IMG/VR virus record: IMGVR_UViG_3300011008_000028
Strand: one strand, 5' to 3'
DNA: 64,000 bases
Source of the DNA: a virus
Taxonomy: Duplodnaviria > Caudoviricetes
The notes below the pieces were generated by a model. That model worked only from the letters and a program-made list of their open reading frames with translations, did no database searches and was not told where the DNA came from. Positions 29,454-38,743 of the stretch are shown one piece after another (position 1 is the first letter of the stretch; the number at the start of each line of letters is the position of its first letter). The translations under genes and the position numbers were made by a program.

Positions 29454-29557
29454 CCGTATTCTCCTTTCAATAGTATTTAAGATGGGCGTAAAGATATATT
29501 CTATTCGTAATAAGTATTCAACATTATCTTATTAAATCAAAATTGGAGGATGAAAAC

Positions 29558-30598
29558 ATGTTGAAATCAATTTTATTCACTCATGATGATATGGACGGAT
29601 GTGGATGCAGAGTCGTCTATGAGATTGCCCACCTGTACGAAGAAAAGGGCAAAGACTATGACGTCCTGAACTGTTCCAACAACAGTCTGGATGAAGACGT
29701 ATTAAAGGAGCTTAATTCCGGAAGAATTAGTCCTGAAACAACAATTGTCTTCTTTGCAGACCTGTGTGGAAGACCAGAGACATTGGAACTGCTGAAGTCT
29801 AAATCATATGATGTCAGAGTGTTTGATCATCATAACACAAATCTTCATGCATTAGAAACATATCCAAACGCAGTCGTAATGGAACGGAATGAGGCCGGCA
29901 AGAAGGTATCCGGCACTTCCTTATTATTCCAGTACTTCAATGCATATGCACTGGAACATCCGGAATGGGAAGGATCCAAATATTTCAACGACAGTACGGC
30001 AATTAACATGAACCTCTTCGGCACATTCGTTGATACGGTAAGATCTTACGACACATATGAATGGAAGGAAACGGGGAACGTCAGGGCCAAGGAACTTCAG
30101 ACCCTGTTCTTCATGCTGGGTATTGAAGCCTTCTGCGAGCAGTACGTGAAGCTGATACAGGATAAGGATGAAACGAAACTCATTTCCGATCATGATATGA
30201 TCTTCGTCCGGAACAAGATCAACCTGGAGCAGGCAATCATTGACAGATTCACAGTCAATGATGTAATCCCGATACAGTTATTGGGAGATAAAGATCAGAA
30301 AATGCATGACGGATGTATGGTAATCTCCACTAAGGGAGCAACGATGTCTGAACTTGGCTATCAATTCCTGGAGAAACATCCTGAGTTCGAATTCATTGTT
30401 GGCTTCAATCTCACATACCCCGGGCATGAGGTTTCCTTCAGATCAAGAACAGGACTTGTTGATACCGGGGTTGAATTTGCGGCTCGTATTGGTGGAGGTG
30501 GACATCCTGAAGCATCCGGTGCACCTCTCCCCAAGTCGGCACTTAATGATCTCATCAACATATTCATGAATACTCTCATCGGGTACTACTCACTCTGA
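29558..30598 (+). CDS. DHH/DHHA1 family phosphoesterase
   Basis: THDDMDG, FAD, FDHH, SFRS and GGGHPEASG motifs; ATG at 29558 after GGAGG. Confidence 0.9.
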   Translation: MLKSILFTHDDMDGCGCRVVYEIAHLYEEKGKDYDVLNCSNNSLDEDVLKELNSGRISPETTIVFFADLCGRPETLELLKSKSYDVRVFDHHNTNLHALETYPNAVVMERNEAGKKVSGTSLLFQYFNAYALEHPEWEGSKYFNDSTAINMNLFGTFVDTVRSYDTYEWKETGNVRAKELQTLFFMLGIEAFCEQYVKLIQDKDETKLISDHDMIFVRNKINLEQAIIDRFTVNDVIPIQLLGDKDQKMHDGCMVISTKGATMSELGYQFLEKHPEFEFIVGFNLTYPGHEVSFRSRTGLVDTGVEFAARIGGGGHPEASGAPLPKSALNDLINIFMNTLIGYYSL

Positions 30599-30611
30599 TC
30601 CTAAAGACAAC

Positions 30612-30645
30612 AAAAGAAAAGGCGGATACGTCCGCCTTTTCTTTT
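30612..30645. terminator. Bidirectional intrinsic terminator
   Basis: AAAAGAAAAGGCGGA-TACG-TCCGCCTTTTCTTTT after the DHH gene. Confidence 0.8.
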
Positions 30646-30671
30646 CATTGGTCCTATCATTCTCCCTTCCG

Positions 30672-30778
30672 CGGTCGGTTTCAGGGAGAGGCGGGCGCCA
30701 ATATGCCAGTAGGAATGAGACACAGTACTATCCAGGTCGCAACGGAACCACACCGTATCCCGCCCGCCGATTTTTATA
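30672..30778 (-). repeat. Orphan DGR VR-like cassette (copy 2, internally deleted) with 32-nt leader
   Basis: 76 nt match VR positions 24-99 with 11 mismatches, all at codon positions 1-2. Bases 30747-30778 are identical to 41701-41732. Confidence 0.85.
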
Positions 30779-30834
30779 TGACTTAAAATATTAGATAGAC
30801 GACCATCCGGGCATGCCCGGATGGTCGATGTTTA

Positions 30835-33800
30835 CTACCCTTCATATCCATGCGGATATTTTATATCGATTAGAGGCCTCTCATTCGGACGAATTATCTT
30901 TACCTTCATGATATTGTCATAACACTGAAGAAGTTGAGTCCGTAGCGATTGCAGATACGGAAGAGAATGTGGTACGACGTACTTTTTACTTCCGACTTCC
31001 AGAAGTTCGATATACCATTCCACAATCTCCAGTTTCGACAGACAGTACGATGCGATCATCATCTTATCATTCGCATCCCGTATGGAATCTGTCTCGATGG
31101 AAATATACGCCACCAGATCTCTCGGAATCTTCTTGAGCTTCTTCACACCGAACTTCTCATATATTATTTTCAGATCATGAGAAGCCTCATCCATCGCATG
31201 GATATCAACGTTCTCCGATTCAAACTGATGTCTGTACTGCTCCAGCTGGAGTCTGTATCCACCATTATACCATGTCTTGAGCGCTTCTGCTACATTTGCT
31301 ATACTGGAAGCATTCTCTGTTATATCACATGATTCTCTGAGGTGATATACAACCTCCTGCAAATCAGAGATTATCTTCTGCTTTTCTTTTTCCGGAGCAG
31401 CATACTTGGTGTAGATATTCCGGATGAAGGTGTTGATAATCGCAATATCCTCCTTGGAAATGTTGAATACAGATGTGGTACTCATCTCAACATTATCAAA
31501 TGAGAATAACATCTGGAGAGGAACGGAAACAATTCCAGACAGCTTGGTTGTACTGATGAGTCTCTTCATCTCCGTAGGAAGTCTCATGACTTCTCCCATT
31601 ATCTTCTCCGAGTATTTCACAACTCCTACATCATAGTACTTCACGGCTGCTCTGAAAAAGTTATATGCATCATCTCTATTCTGGATGCTTTTGAAAGTAT
31701 CTGCAGACATTCTGATTCTGATATCAGGCGATCTGTGCAAGAACCCGGTTAGAGATTCTCGACCGGAAGCGAATCGGGATATGAAATCCATGGTCATTGG
31801 GGGAATTTTGAACTCGAATATGGATCCCTTTGCTTTGGGGTCGATCGTGATCTGAAGTTTCCGGTAGCCTTTCACCCATGACCCGAGCAGGTTCTTCGAA
31901 ATGATATTCGAGAAGATGTCAGCTGTATACTGATTCACCTTCTTATCTTTATCATTTATGATGGACTGGGTTACAGTCCCAAGTGTTCTCTTGGCCGCAG
32001 CAGGGCTAAGATCTGTATTGTATTCAGTGTTATCCGATTCATATATCGGGTCAAATATCACAACAGGTGTTGTTGATTCCATTTCAACGCCCTCCTTTAT
32101 TAAAGAATTTGAGATAATAGACTGAACAAATCTAGTGCGTTCACGAGTTCTTTTATCGGGAATAATGTTCGTTTCATTCATAGTAAGGATTGTATCGTAC
32201 ATATCTTCTGCTTCTGCAAGACCTTCAAACTCCGGGTTGTCATATAACACATTAAATCCTTCTGATATATACCATGCCAGAACAGTTGGAAACATATCCG
32301 CGGGAGTATAATGTGTATTTCCTGATCCATTCTCTATATATGATAGAGATTTTGCTTCTCGATAGATATCCATAATATCGAATGCACAATCATCATCAAT
32401 CAATACACATTCTTTGATTTTCGATGGTTTGTATCGGTTTACAATGTCATTTTTGTAATGTGATGCCCATGCACCCATATTCATATCATCAGAAGTTTTA
32501 TTGGAATCAATCTTTCCTCTGACTGAATTCTGGAGTCGGTATGCTTTCATCAGCTCTCGATCCCATATCAACTGGGTTGTTTTGTACTTATCCTCCCCAC
32601 CAAGTTGGTTTTTGGTATATGTTTCGATCTGCACTTCAGGAATAGACTTTACACTAGCCTTGAATCTGTTGATAAAAGCTGGGGAAGATACCATATCCAT
32701 GAATGATACTTCTTGACCCAATGATTTAGATACATTATCTATAGTCCTGGAAACAATTCCAGACATAACCCCAACCATTCTTACAGATTGTAAGGATTGT
32801 CCGTCTCTTGTAGTAATTCCGTGCACTTTGAGAGCATGTGTCCGGAAGTCAATATGCCCCCATTGTTTGATCTTCTCTTTCAGCTTTTCAATGCCAGACT
32901 TTGATTTGTTATCAAATTCTGCATTTGTTACAGGTGTTTTCCTTACAACTCCTGCAAGTTCAGCTGCAGTACGCTTGATATTGTCGTCTGACACAGCGTT
33001 GATTTGTTCCGGATCCAGTTCAAATTGTACTGCAACTTGCTTCCCTGTATTAATATCAAACCCAATACGGTAGCAATATTTCAGATCATTCTTTGGTCGT
33101 GGTGTATGTGCTTCGTTGATATTCATCCATGATGCTAGTTTGTTTGCATATTCAGTATCTAATTTCAGCTGGTATGTTTCTCCGATTGCCAATGTCTTAC
33201 ATACCATTTCTCTACGCACGGCTTCACTTATCACATTAGCATCTTTGAAACTAATTTCTCCATTGATGGATGTAAGCTCTATGAATCCTAAAACATCTTC
33301 ACCGTTCTTACGAATTGTTACCAGACCTGTATCTGGATTCACCGTGTTCAGACATTCGGTAAGAGCAATGATTGAGGTCTGTAACCCATATGGGAGTTCA
33401 TCAATCCCTGCATATGTATACTCAAGGGATTCATACACCTTTTCGGGACGTTTGATTTTGGTATTCTTTCCTTCGAACTTTTCCCATATCTGTTTGGCAA
33501 CCTTCGACTTGGTCCAGATATCAAATCCTTCGAAGTTCTCTCCATGTTCCGACTCACATGTCAGTGTCACATCATACTTGCGTCTGATCTTTGTCCGTAG
33601 TGCAACATGTGTGTTACGGATGAAGCCGTGAAACATTTCTTCATCTTCGGTATTGCGGTTGTTTACAGGATGTCCTGTTACCTGTATCATGCAGCGATAA
33701 CGTTTCCCCTTCTTATACACCCGGACAGAACCACACAGGGTCCCATCCTTGGGCTCCACTAGGAATTCATCCAGTAACGTTTTCACACGAGGAACATTCC

Positions 33801-33933
33801 GAATATCATCATAGAATGATCTCTTCATTTCGGAATTACATGCATCAACGATCATCTTATGAACTCCCATTATCTTAATCTGGATATCTTCTGGAAGATC
33901 CCCAAGATATCCATCTCTGATTTCTTCAGCCAT
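30835..33933 (-). CDS. Large putative internal head/virion protein (1032 aa)
   Basis: Lies next to the major capsid gene, has many hydrophobic-x-E-[A/S] motifs, and shares a ~200-aa module with 46918..50574. Confidence 0.7.
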   Translation of the reverse strand: MAEEIRDGYLGDLPEDIQIKIMGVHKMIVDACNSEMKRSFYDDIRNVPRVKTLLDEFLVEPKDGTLCGSVRVYKKGKRYRCMIQVTGHPVNNRNTEDEEMFHGFIRNTHVALRTKIRRKYDVTLTCESEHGENFEGFDIWTKSKVAKQIWEKFEGKNTKIKRPEKVYESLEYTYAGIDELPYGLQTSIIALTECLNTVNPDTGLVTIRKNGEDVLGFIELTSINGEISFKDANVISEAVRREMVCKTLAIGETYQLKLDTEYANKLASWMNINEAHTPRPKNDLKYCYRIGFDINTGKQVAVQFELDPEQINAVSDDNIKRTAAELAGVVRKTPVTNAEFDNKSKSGIEKLKEKIKQWGHIDFRTHALKVHGITTRDGQSLQSVRMVGVMSGIVSRTIDNVSKSLGQEVSFMDMVSSPAFINRFKASVKSIPEVQIETYTKNQLGGEDKYKTTQLIWDRELMKAYRLQNSVRGKIDSNKTSDDMNMGAWASHYKNDIVNRYKPSKIKECVLIDDDCAFDIMDIYREAKSLSYIENGSGNTHYTPADMFPTVLAWYISEGFNVLYDNPEFEGLAEAEDMYDTILTMNETNIIPDKRTRERTRFVQSIISNSLIKEGVEMESTTPVVIFDPIYESDNTEYNTDLSPAAAKRTLGTVTQSIINDKDKKVNQYTADIFSNIISKNLLGSWVKGYRKLQITIDPKAKGSIFEFKIPPMTMDFISRFASGRESLTGFLHRSPDIRIRMSADTFKSIQNRDDAYNFFRAAVKYYDVGVVKYSEKIMGEVMRLPTEMKRLISTTKLSGIVSVPLQMLFSFDNVEMSTTSVFNISKEDIAIINTFIRNIYTKYAAPEKEKQKIISDLQEVVYHLRESCDITENASSIANVAEALKTWYNGGYRLQLEQYRHQFESENVDIHAMDEASHDLKIIYEKFGVKKLKKIPRDLVAYISIETDSIRDANDKMMIASYCLSKLEIVEWYIELLEVGSKKYVVPHSLPYLQSLRTQLLQCYDNIMKVKIIRPNERPLIDIKYPHGYEG

Positions 33934-34063
33934 TGTATCATCTCCTAATGTAAGGTCAAATTATAAAGTCGTTGACAATGAATGGAAATAGTACCGGGGA
34001 TTTCTCCCCGGTACTATTTCATTTTACATAGTATGGAAGTCTCACTATGACTAGTTGGTGAAC

Positions 34064-35959
34064 TTATCCGCCGATGGAGCTAACCGGAACAGTTGCTGTC
34101 GACCAAGGAGCACCAGAACGCTTTGTCGGGGCCTTAGAGTAAACAAGCTCACTGTTAAGCATAACAAGATCCGCACCGATGAACTGAATCGAGATATCCT
34201 GGAATCTCGATGTAGCAGTGATGATGTTGAATGCACCAGCCGGAGCAAGAGGAGACTGATATGCAGTCTGGCTCTGCGATGTGAAGAGGTGAGATGTATA
34301 CTTGAGGTGCTTGTTGCTCATGTGCTCCGGATCAGTCGGATATGCATATACATGGAGTACAAGCTCACGCTTCGTAACTTCATCACCTGCTCTGTTGGTG
34401 TAGGTTATAGGCGCTTCAGTGTAAGCATCGTAGAGGTTGGAAGCAACGATACGTACGTTAGCACCGATACCTGTAGCGAAGCCGTAGGAGCTATTAACTG
34501 TAACGCCGGATACAGCTGTACCAGGAGTGGTCTTCCAGTTAACGAACTCTTCGATCATAGCAGTAGCCATCGGGTTACCTACGATTATGAAGCTCAGACC
34601 TTCAAGCTTGGTATCTTCAGAAAGCTGGCTTATCATAGCCTTGAGCTTGAACTGAACAGCGCTTGCCATGAACTTGAACGGATCACCGGCATACCCATTA
34701 GGAGCCTGGAGATCAGCGAAGTATGTCTTAGCAACGGATTCGAGATCCAGCGGGTCTGTTATAACGCCATTGTACTTCTTGAATTCGTCGTTAAGGAACT
34801 GGATAACCTTCTGGTTCTCGAGCATCTCCTGAACCTTAACTACTTCATCAACCATGCGGTTGTAGTAGTTAATATCAAGCAGAGCAGCAGCGTCTTCGAT
34901 CTCTTCGATCGTGAAAGGCATCTGCATACGAGCGCCGTCTTCGATGTTGAATCTGAGGACACGTCTCTTCTCGCGTACGCTTATCGATCTGAGGTTCTTC
35001 TCGTTGGAGAGATAGCCTTCGAATACGAGGCCTTCAACCTGACCAGTTGTGCTTGCAGCACTTACTGTACCATTCTGGTAGTCAACCTGACCGAGGATTG
35101 TATCCTTGATCTCGGTGCCATTGTGAACGAAGTTCAGCTTGCCGTTCAGGAAGAGACCGCCTGTAGCGAAGTCGATTGTGATACCATTGTCACGGAGCAT
35201 GATTGTTTCGCCGTCAACAACGATACCCTTTATCTTGAACGCCCAAGAGAGCGTATCAACGCCGGGTGTGCCGGTTGTAAGATTGCTTATGATATCATAG
35301 TTGGTGAGTCTGCCGTTCTCGAACATAACAGCCTTCTCTTCAATTGCGAGACCCTTAGCAGCATCCCACATCTCCTGCCATTCGCCGGTGAACATGCAGC
35401 GAGGATACTCAACTTCCTTGGTAGGATCGTTGTTATCAACGATGAATGTTGTACGAACGTGCTTGGAGATCGAAGGTGTCTTAACAACCTCAACTTCGAT
35501 AATATCCTTGATTATGGAGTGAATGTACTGCTTAACGAGTACAGGGAACTCCAGCGTGGATATAGGAAGGTATGCCGTTACAGAAGCAGCTTCGTTAAAC
35601 GCCTTAACCTGGATATCCCAGATCTGGTCGAGCTGGTTAGCAGTAGCCATGATATGAGGATCAACAGTACCCGTCTGAGTGTTCTCAGCCATTACTTCGA
35701 GTTCCTTCTTTATCGGGGAGAGGAGATCCTCCTTATACTGCTCCATGAATGCAGGGTCGCGCATCTTCTCGTGATCCTTCTTAATATCTACCTGCTGTGT
35801 ATCTCTGTACTGTTCCGCAAGAGCATCAAATGCTTCATCAAATGTACGGAGTTCGGTACCGGTGGATACAAGACCGCCAAAAGAGCTCTTCGTAGGGACC
35901 AATGTCGCTGCAGTGTTAGCGTCAGCGGCCTCATAGAACCAGCTATCTTTTCTTGCCAT
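34064..35959 (-). CDS. Major capsid protein precursor
   Basis: 631 aa with strongly biased codon usage. An N-terminal propeptide ends around FNEAA. Size and position fit jumbo-phage capsid proteins. Confidence 0.7.
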   Translation of the reverse strand: MARKDSWFYEAADANTAATLVPTKSSFGGLVSTGTELRTFDEAFDALAEQYRDTQQVDIKKDHEKMRDPAFMEQYKEDLLSPIKKELEVMAENTQTGTVDPHIMATANQLDQIWDIQVKAFNEAASVTAYLPISTLEFPVLVKQYIHSIIKDIIEVEVVKTPSISKHVRTTFIVDNNDPTKEVEYPRCMFTGEWQEMWDAAKGLAIEEKAVMFENGRLTNYDIISNLTTGTPGVDTLSWAFKIKGIVVDGETIMLRDNGITIDFATGGLFLNGKLNFVHNGTEIKDTILGQVDYQNGTVSAASTTGQVEGLVFEGYLSNEKNLRSISVREKRRVLRFNIEDGARMQMPFTIEEIEDAAALLDINYYNRMVDEVVKVQEMLENQKVIQFLNDEFKKYNGVITDPLDLESVAKTYFADLQAPNGYAGDPFKFMASAVQFKLKAMISQLSEDTKLEGLSFIIVGNPMATAMIEEFVNWKTTPGTAVSGVTVNSSYGFATGIGANVRIVASNLYDAYTEAPITYTNRAGDEVTKRELVLHVYAYPTDPEHMSNKHLKYTSHLFTSQSQTAYQSPLAPAGAFNIITATSRFQDISIQFIGADLVMLNSELVYSKAPTKRSGAPWSTATVPVSSIGG

Positions 35960-36027
35960 GTTTCATCAATTCCTTTCTGTTATGAGTTAATAAAAAATTT
36001 GGTGTGCGGATTTTACAGATATGTTTC

Positions 36028-36636
36028 TTACTCCTTTATCCCATTGCGGATAATGTTGTCGAAACTGTCATTGAGCAACTTGAGTAAATTCACAGCCTTA
36101 TTGAAGAATAACAGATTCCGAGAGTAGTTCTCATCAGCAAATGTATTCTTCAAATAGTTGCGTAAATTCTCCTCAAGAGTTGCTAATGATTTGACAATTC
36201 CGGCCACATCCGCAGAAATAGTGTATAATATGTCGGAATTGTTTTTGATACTTGTCTGCTGTGAAGCAATCTGGTTTAATAACGACAAGAATCGTTTGTA
36301 CAACGTTTGATTCATGATTGCACTAACTTTCTCATCTAAACCAGCTGGAGCCGAACTGCCTTCAGGCTCATCTCCTGTATCATCCATGTCCCCAGTATCG
36401 AAATCATCTGCCATGTCAGGCGGATTATCATCGACCGGCGGATCAGCACTGAAATCACCAGCATTATCTTCCCCAGGTGACCCCTCAATCGCTGGAGGAT
36501 CCTCTGCAGGTGCATCAGGCGGATTATCATTTGATGCGTCCATGTTGGCATCCGGAGCTTCCTCATCTTCAGGAGCTTCGATTAAGTATCTCTCAAATAA
36601 GGATAATTCCTGTTGATTACTCATATTGTCGGTCAC
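36028..36636 (-). CDS. Hypothetical acidic protein (possible scaffold)
   Basis: D/E/P-rich disordered N-half and helical C-half; directly upstream of the capsid gene. Confidence 0.65.
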   Translation of the reverse strand: MTDNMSNQQELSLFERYLIEAPEDEEAPDANMDASNDNPPDAPAEDPPAIEGSPGEDNAGDFSADPPVDDNPPDMADDFDTGDMDDTGDEPEGSSAPAGLDEKVSAIMNQTLYKRFLSLLNQIASQQTSIKNNSDILYTISADVAGIVKSLATLEENLRNYLKNTFADENYSRNLLFFNKAVNLLKLLNDSFDNIIRNGIKE

Positions 36637-36648
36637 TCCTTGAGTGTA

Positions 36649-38679
36649 TTATATCATATTAACAACATTTTTGTTTCCGGCAACTCTCCAAAGTTTCTTT
36701 TTGAGCTCCGTTTGAAAACGCATTAATTGATATTTTGCTTGATAATCATTTTTCTGTTCAGCATCTTTGATCTTTTCTTTGATGATTTCCTCTTCTTGCT
36801 GAAGTTCGAGGATCATCTCATTCTTTAGTCTCTGCTCCTTCTTAGAGTTTTTATTATGACTAAGAATTCTGATTCCAAGCAAGAATGGATTCAATAAAAG
36901 ACCAGCTTTGAATAATGCCCCATCTCTAATAGATGTATGGAGAGCTTTGATCAGATTCATTCGCTCTTTAGGTTCCGCAAGGCGTTCTTTGATCTTCGTC
37001 TCTTTAGTGTCATTCCAGCTGGTAATCATATTGTCAACCCATTGTTTAGTACGTTTAGCTGGTTTCACAGCAGCACGGCCAACATTGACGACATTTTGAA
37101 CACCCTTCTTGGCATGCTGCTGAACTTTAGTAAACTTTCGATCAATATCCATCAAAACATCTTTGATAGGATGATCAGACTCGGGTTTATCTTTATCTGC
37201 TGAACCAACCCGATCTTCTTCATCATCACTCCATAAATCATCTTTAGCCGCCTCACCTACCGGCTTAGCGGCTTCATTAAAAACCTCTGGTATACCCAAA
37301 TCCAATTCCCATGGTTGTTTCATGGATTCTGTGTTGATCGAATCATCGTTTTCGTTGTTATCATCCTTAATAACAACCTTTGGTTTTGGCATTCCGTCAT
37401 TATGAGAATTTACATGTTTATCAGAAGAATGATCATCAGTTTGATTGAATGAATGATCATTCTTATTGAGAGAATTCTGATAAGTATAATAGTAGTAGTT
37501 TACCGGGCCAGATGACGTTTGATTGGATCTAGGAGGATGTTCCTCATCACTAATGTCATCAGTAATTGATGTGTCACTTGGTGTGGAAGCCGGTTTATCA
37601 TCTTCATCCGGATGTTTGTAATCATCCAGATCTTTATCACTTTCCGGTTTGTCTTCCTTTGGTTCTTCTTCACCCCAAGAAGTGATGTCATGATTTCTCT
37701 TTAAATATGGAGCTACAGTTGAATGCTTCTTATCAGAAGTTTGTGCCATCCAGGCAGGAGCTTCTGTCTTAGGTTGTGGGAGCATTTCTGCAATATCAGC
37801 ATCTGATTCTGTATTAATCTGATTTATTTCTTCACACAATTCAGTCAATACTTTTGAAATGTGATCAGTATCCATACGGATTTCATCTGACCACGTCAGA
37901 TAGTACTCGTAGAATGAAATCAGATCATGAAGAGCATCAATCTGTTTCTGTGTGTATTCATACACGGCGTCTTCATTTCCCATGATCATCGCCTCACGGA
38001 AAACTTTCTGGTGTTCTTTATGCATATTGGATACGATCATAAATGCACATTCATTCATGAATATCTCGCCGGTTCCAGTTCTTCTCAGTCCGATAATGAA
38101 TTGATTAGCCAGAGGAGTGAGATTCATATGGGACCCAATGTATGTTTCCAAATGAGGAACTGCCATATTTGGGCTGTATGGTTGGCGACTCACTCGTAAA
38201 GCAGTTATGTATGCATCTGGGATGGCACACTCGCCGAACTTCTGGAGCATACCTGATGCAAGATATCGATTCTGCTTTCCTTTTGTCATTCCGTAATAAG
38301 TATTGATGTAAGGACGAACATCATCAGGTCTGTAATACTCAAACATCATGAATCCCTTGATGTTATCTTGGCGGAATTCTTCCAGGAACTTCTTTGCTTC
38401 TTCATATGAATGAGTATCCACTTTGGCGTCTTTGGCCTTCTCCAGGCTGGTGGTTACACATTCATACACGGTATCATATGCAGCAATTGGAAGTCCCCAA
38501 TATTCGATAAATGGGATCAACGTGTTTATGCCAGTCGAAGATTGAATGATATATTCTAACTGGGCGACATAATCACGAGGAGATTCAAGTGCTTGTTTAA
38601 CTGCTTCAAGATAAGCAGAAACATCGCTTTCTGAACCGCTATTTTTCGCGGCCAGAAATAGAGATTTTATATCAATCAT
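36649..38679 (-). CDS. Hypothetical putative head protein
   Basis: The likely start is ATG 38679 (MIDIKS) after AGAGG. Acidic central region and coiled-coil C-terminus. Confidence 0.7.
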   Translation of the reverse strand: MIDIKSLFLAAKNSGSESDVSAYLEAVKQALESPRDYVAQLEYIIQSSTGINTLIPFIEYWGLPIAAYDTVYECVTTSLEKAKDAKVDTHSYEEAKKFLEEFRQDNIKGFMMFEYYRPDDVRPYINTYYGMTKGKQNRYLASGMLQKFGECAIPDAYITALRVSRQPYSPNMAVPHLETYIGSHMNLTPLANQFIIGLRRTGTGEIFMNECAFMIVSNMHKEHQKVFREAMIMGNEDAVYEYTQKQIDALHDLISFYEYYLTWSDEIRMDTDHISKVLTELCEEINQINTESDADIAEMLPQPKTEAPAWMAQTSDKKHSTVAPYLKRNHDITSWGEEEPKEDKPESDKDLDDYKHPDEDDKPASTPSDTSITDDISDEEHPPRSNQTSSGPVNYYYYTYQNSLNKNDHSFNQTDDHSSDKHVNSHNDGMPKPKVVIKDDNNENDDSINTESMKQPWELDLGIPEVFNEAAKPVGEAAKDDLWSDDEEDRVGSADKDKPESDHPIKDVLMDIDRKFTKVQQHAKKGVQNVVNVGRAAVKPAKRTKQWVDNMITSWNDTKETKIKERLAEPKERMNLIKALHTSIRDGALFKAGLLLNPFLLGIRILSHNKNSKKEQRLKNEMILELQQEEEIIKEKIKDAEQKNDYQAKYQLMRFQTELKKKLWRVAGNKNVVNMI

Positions 38680-38743
38680 ATTATTCAACCTCTCTTCTAA
38701 ATTTGTCGAATTTAATAAATGGTGAGAAAGGAGCCGTATTTCA

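Noticed and set aside
34055-36127. 690-aa plus-strand ORF
   Set aside because: It is the antisense shadow of the codon-biased capsid gene, with no SD and no recognisable motifs.
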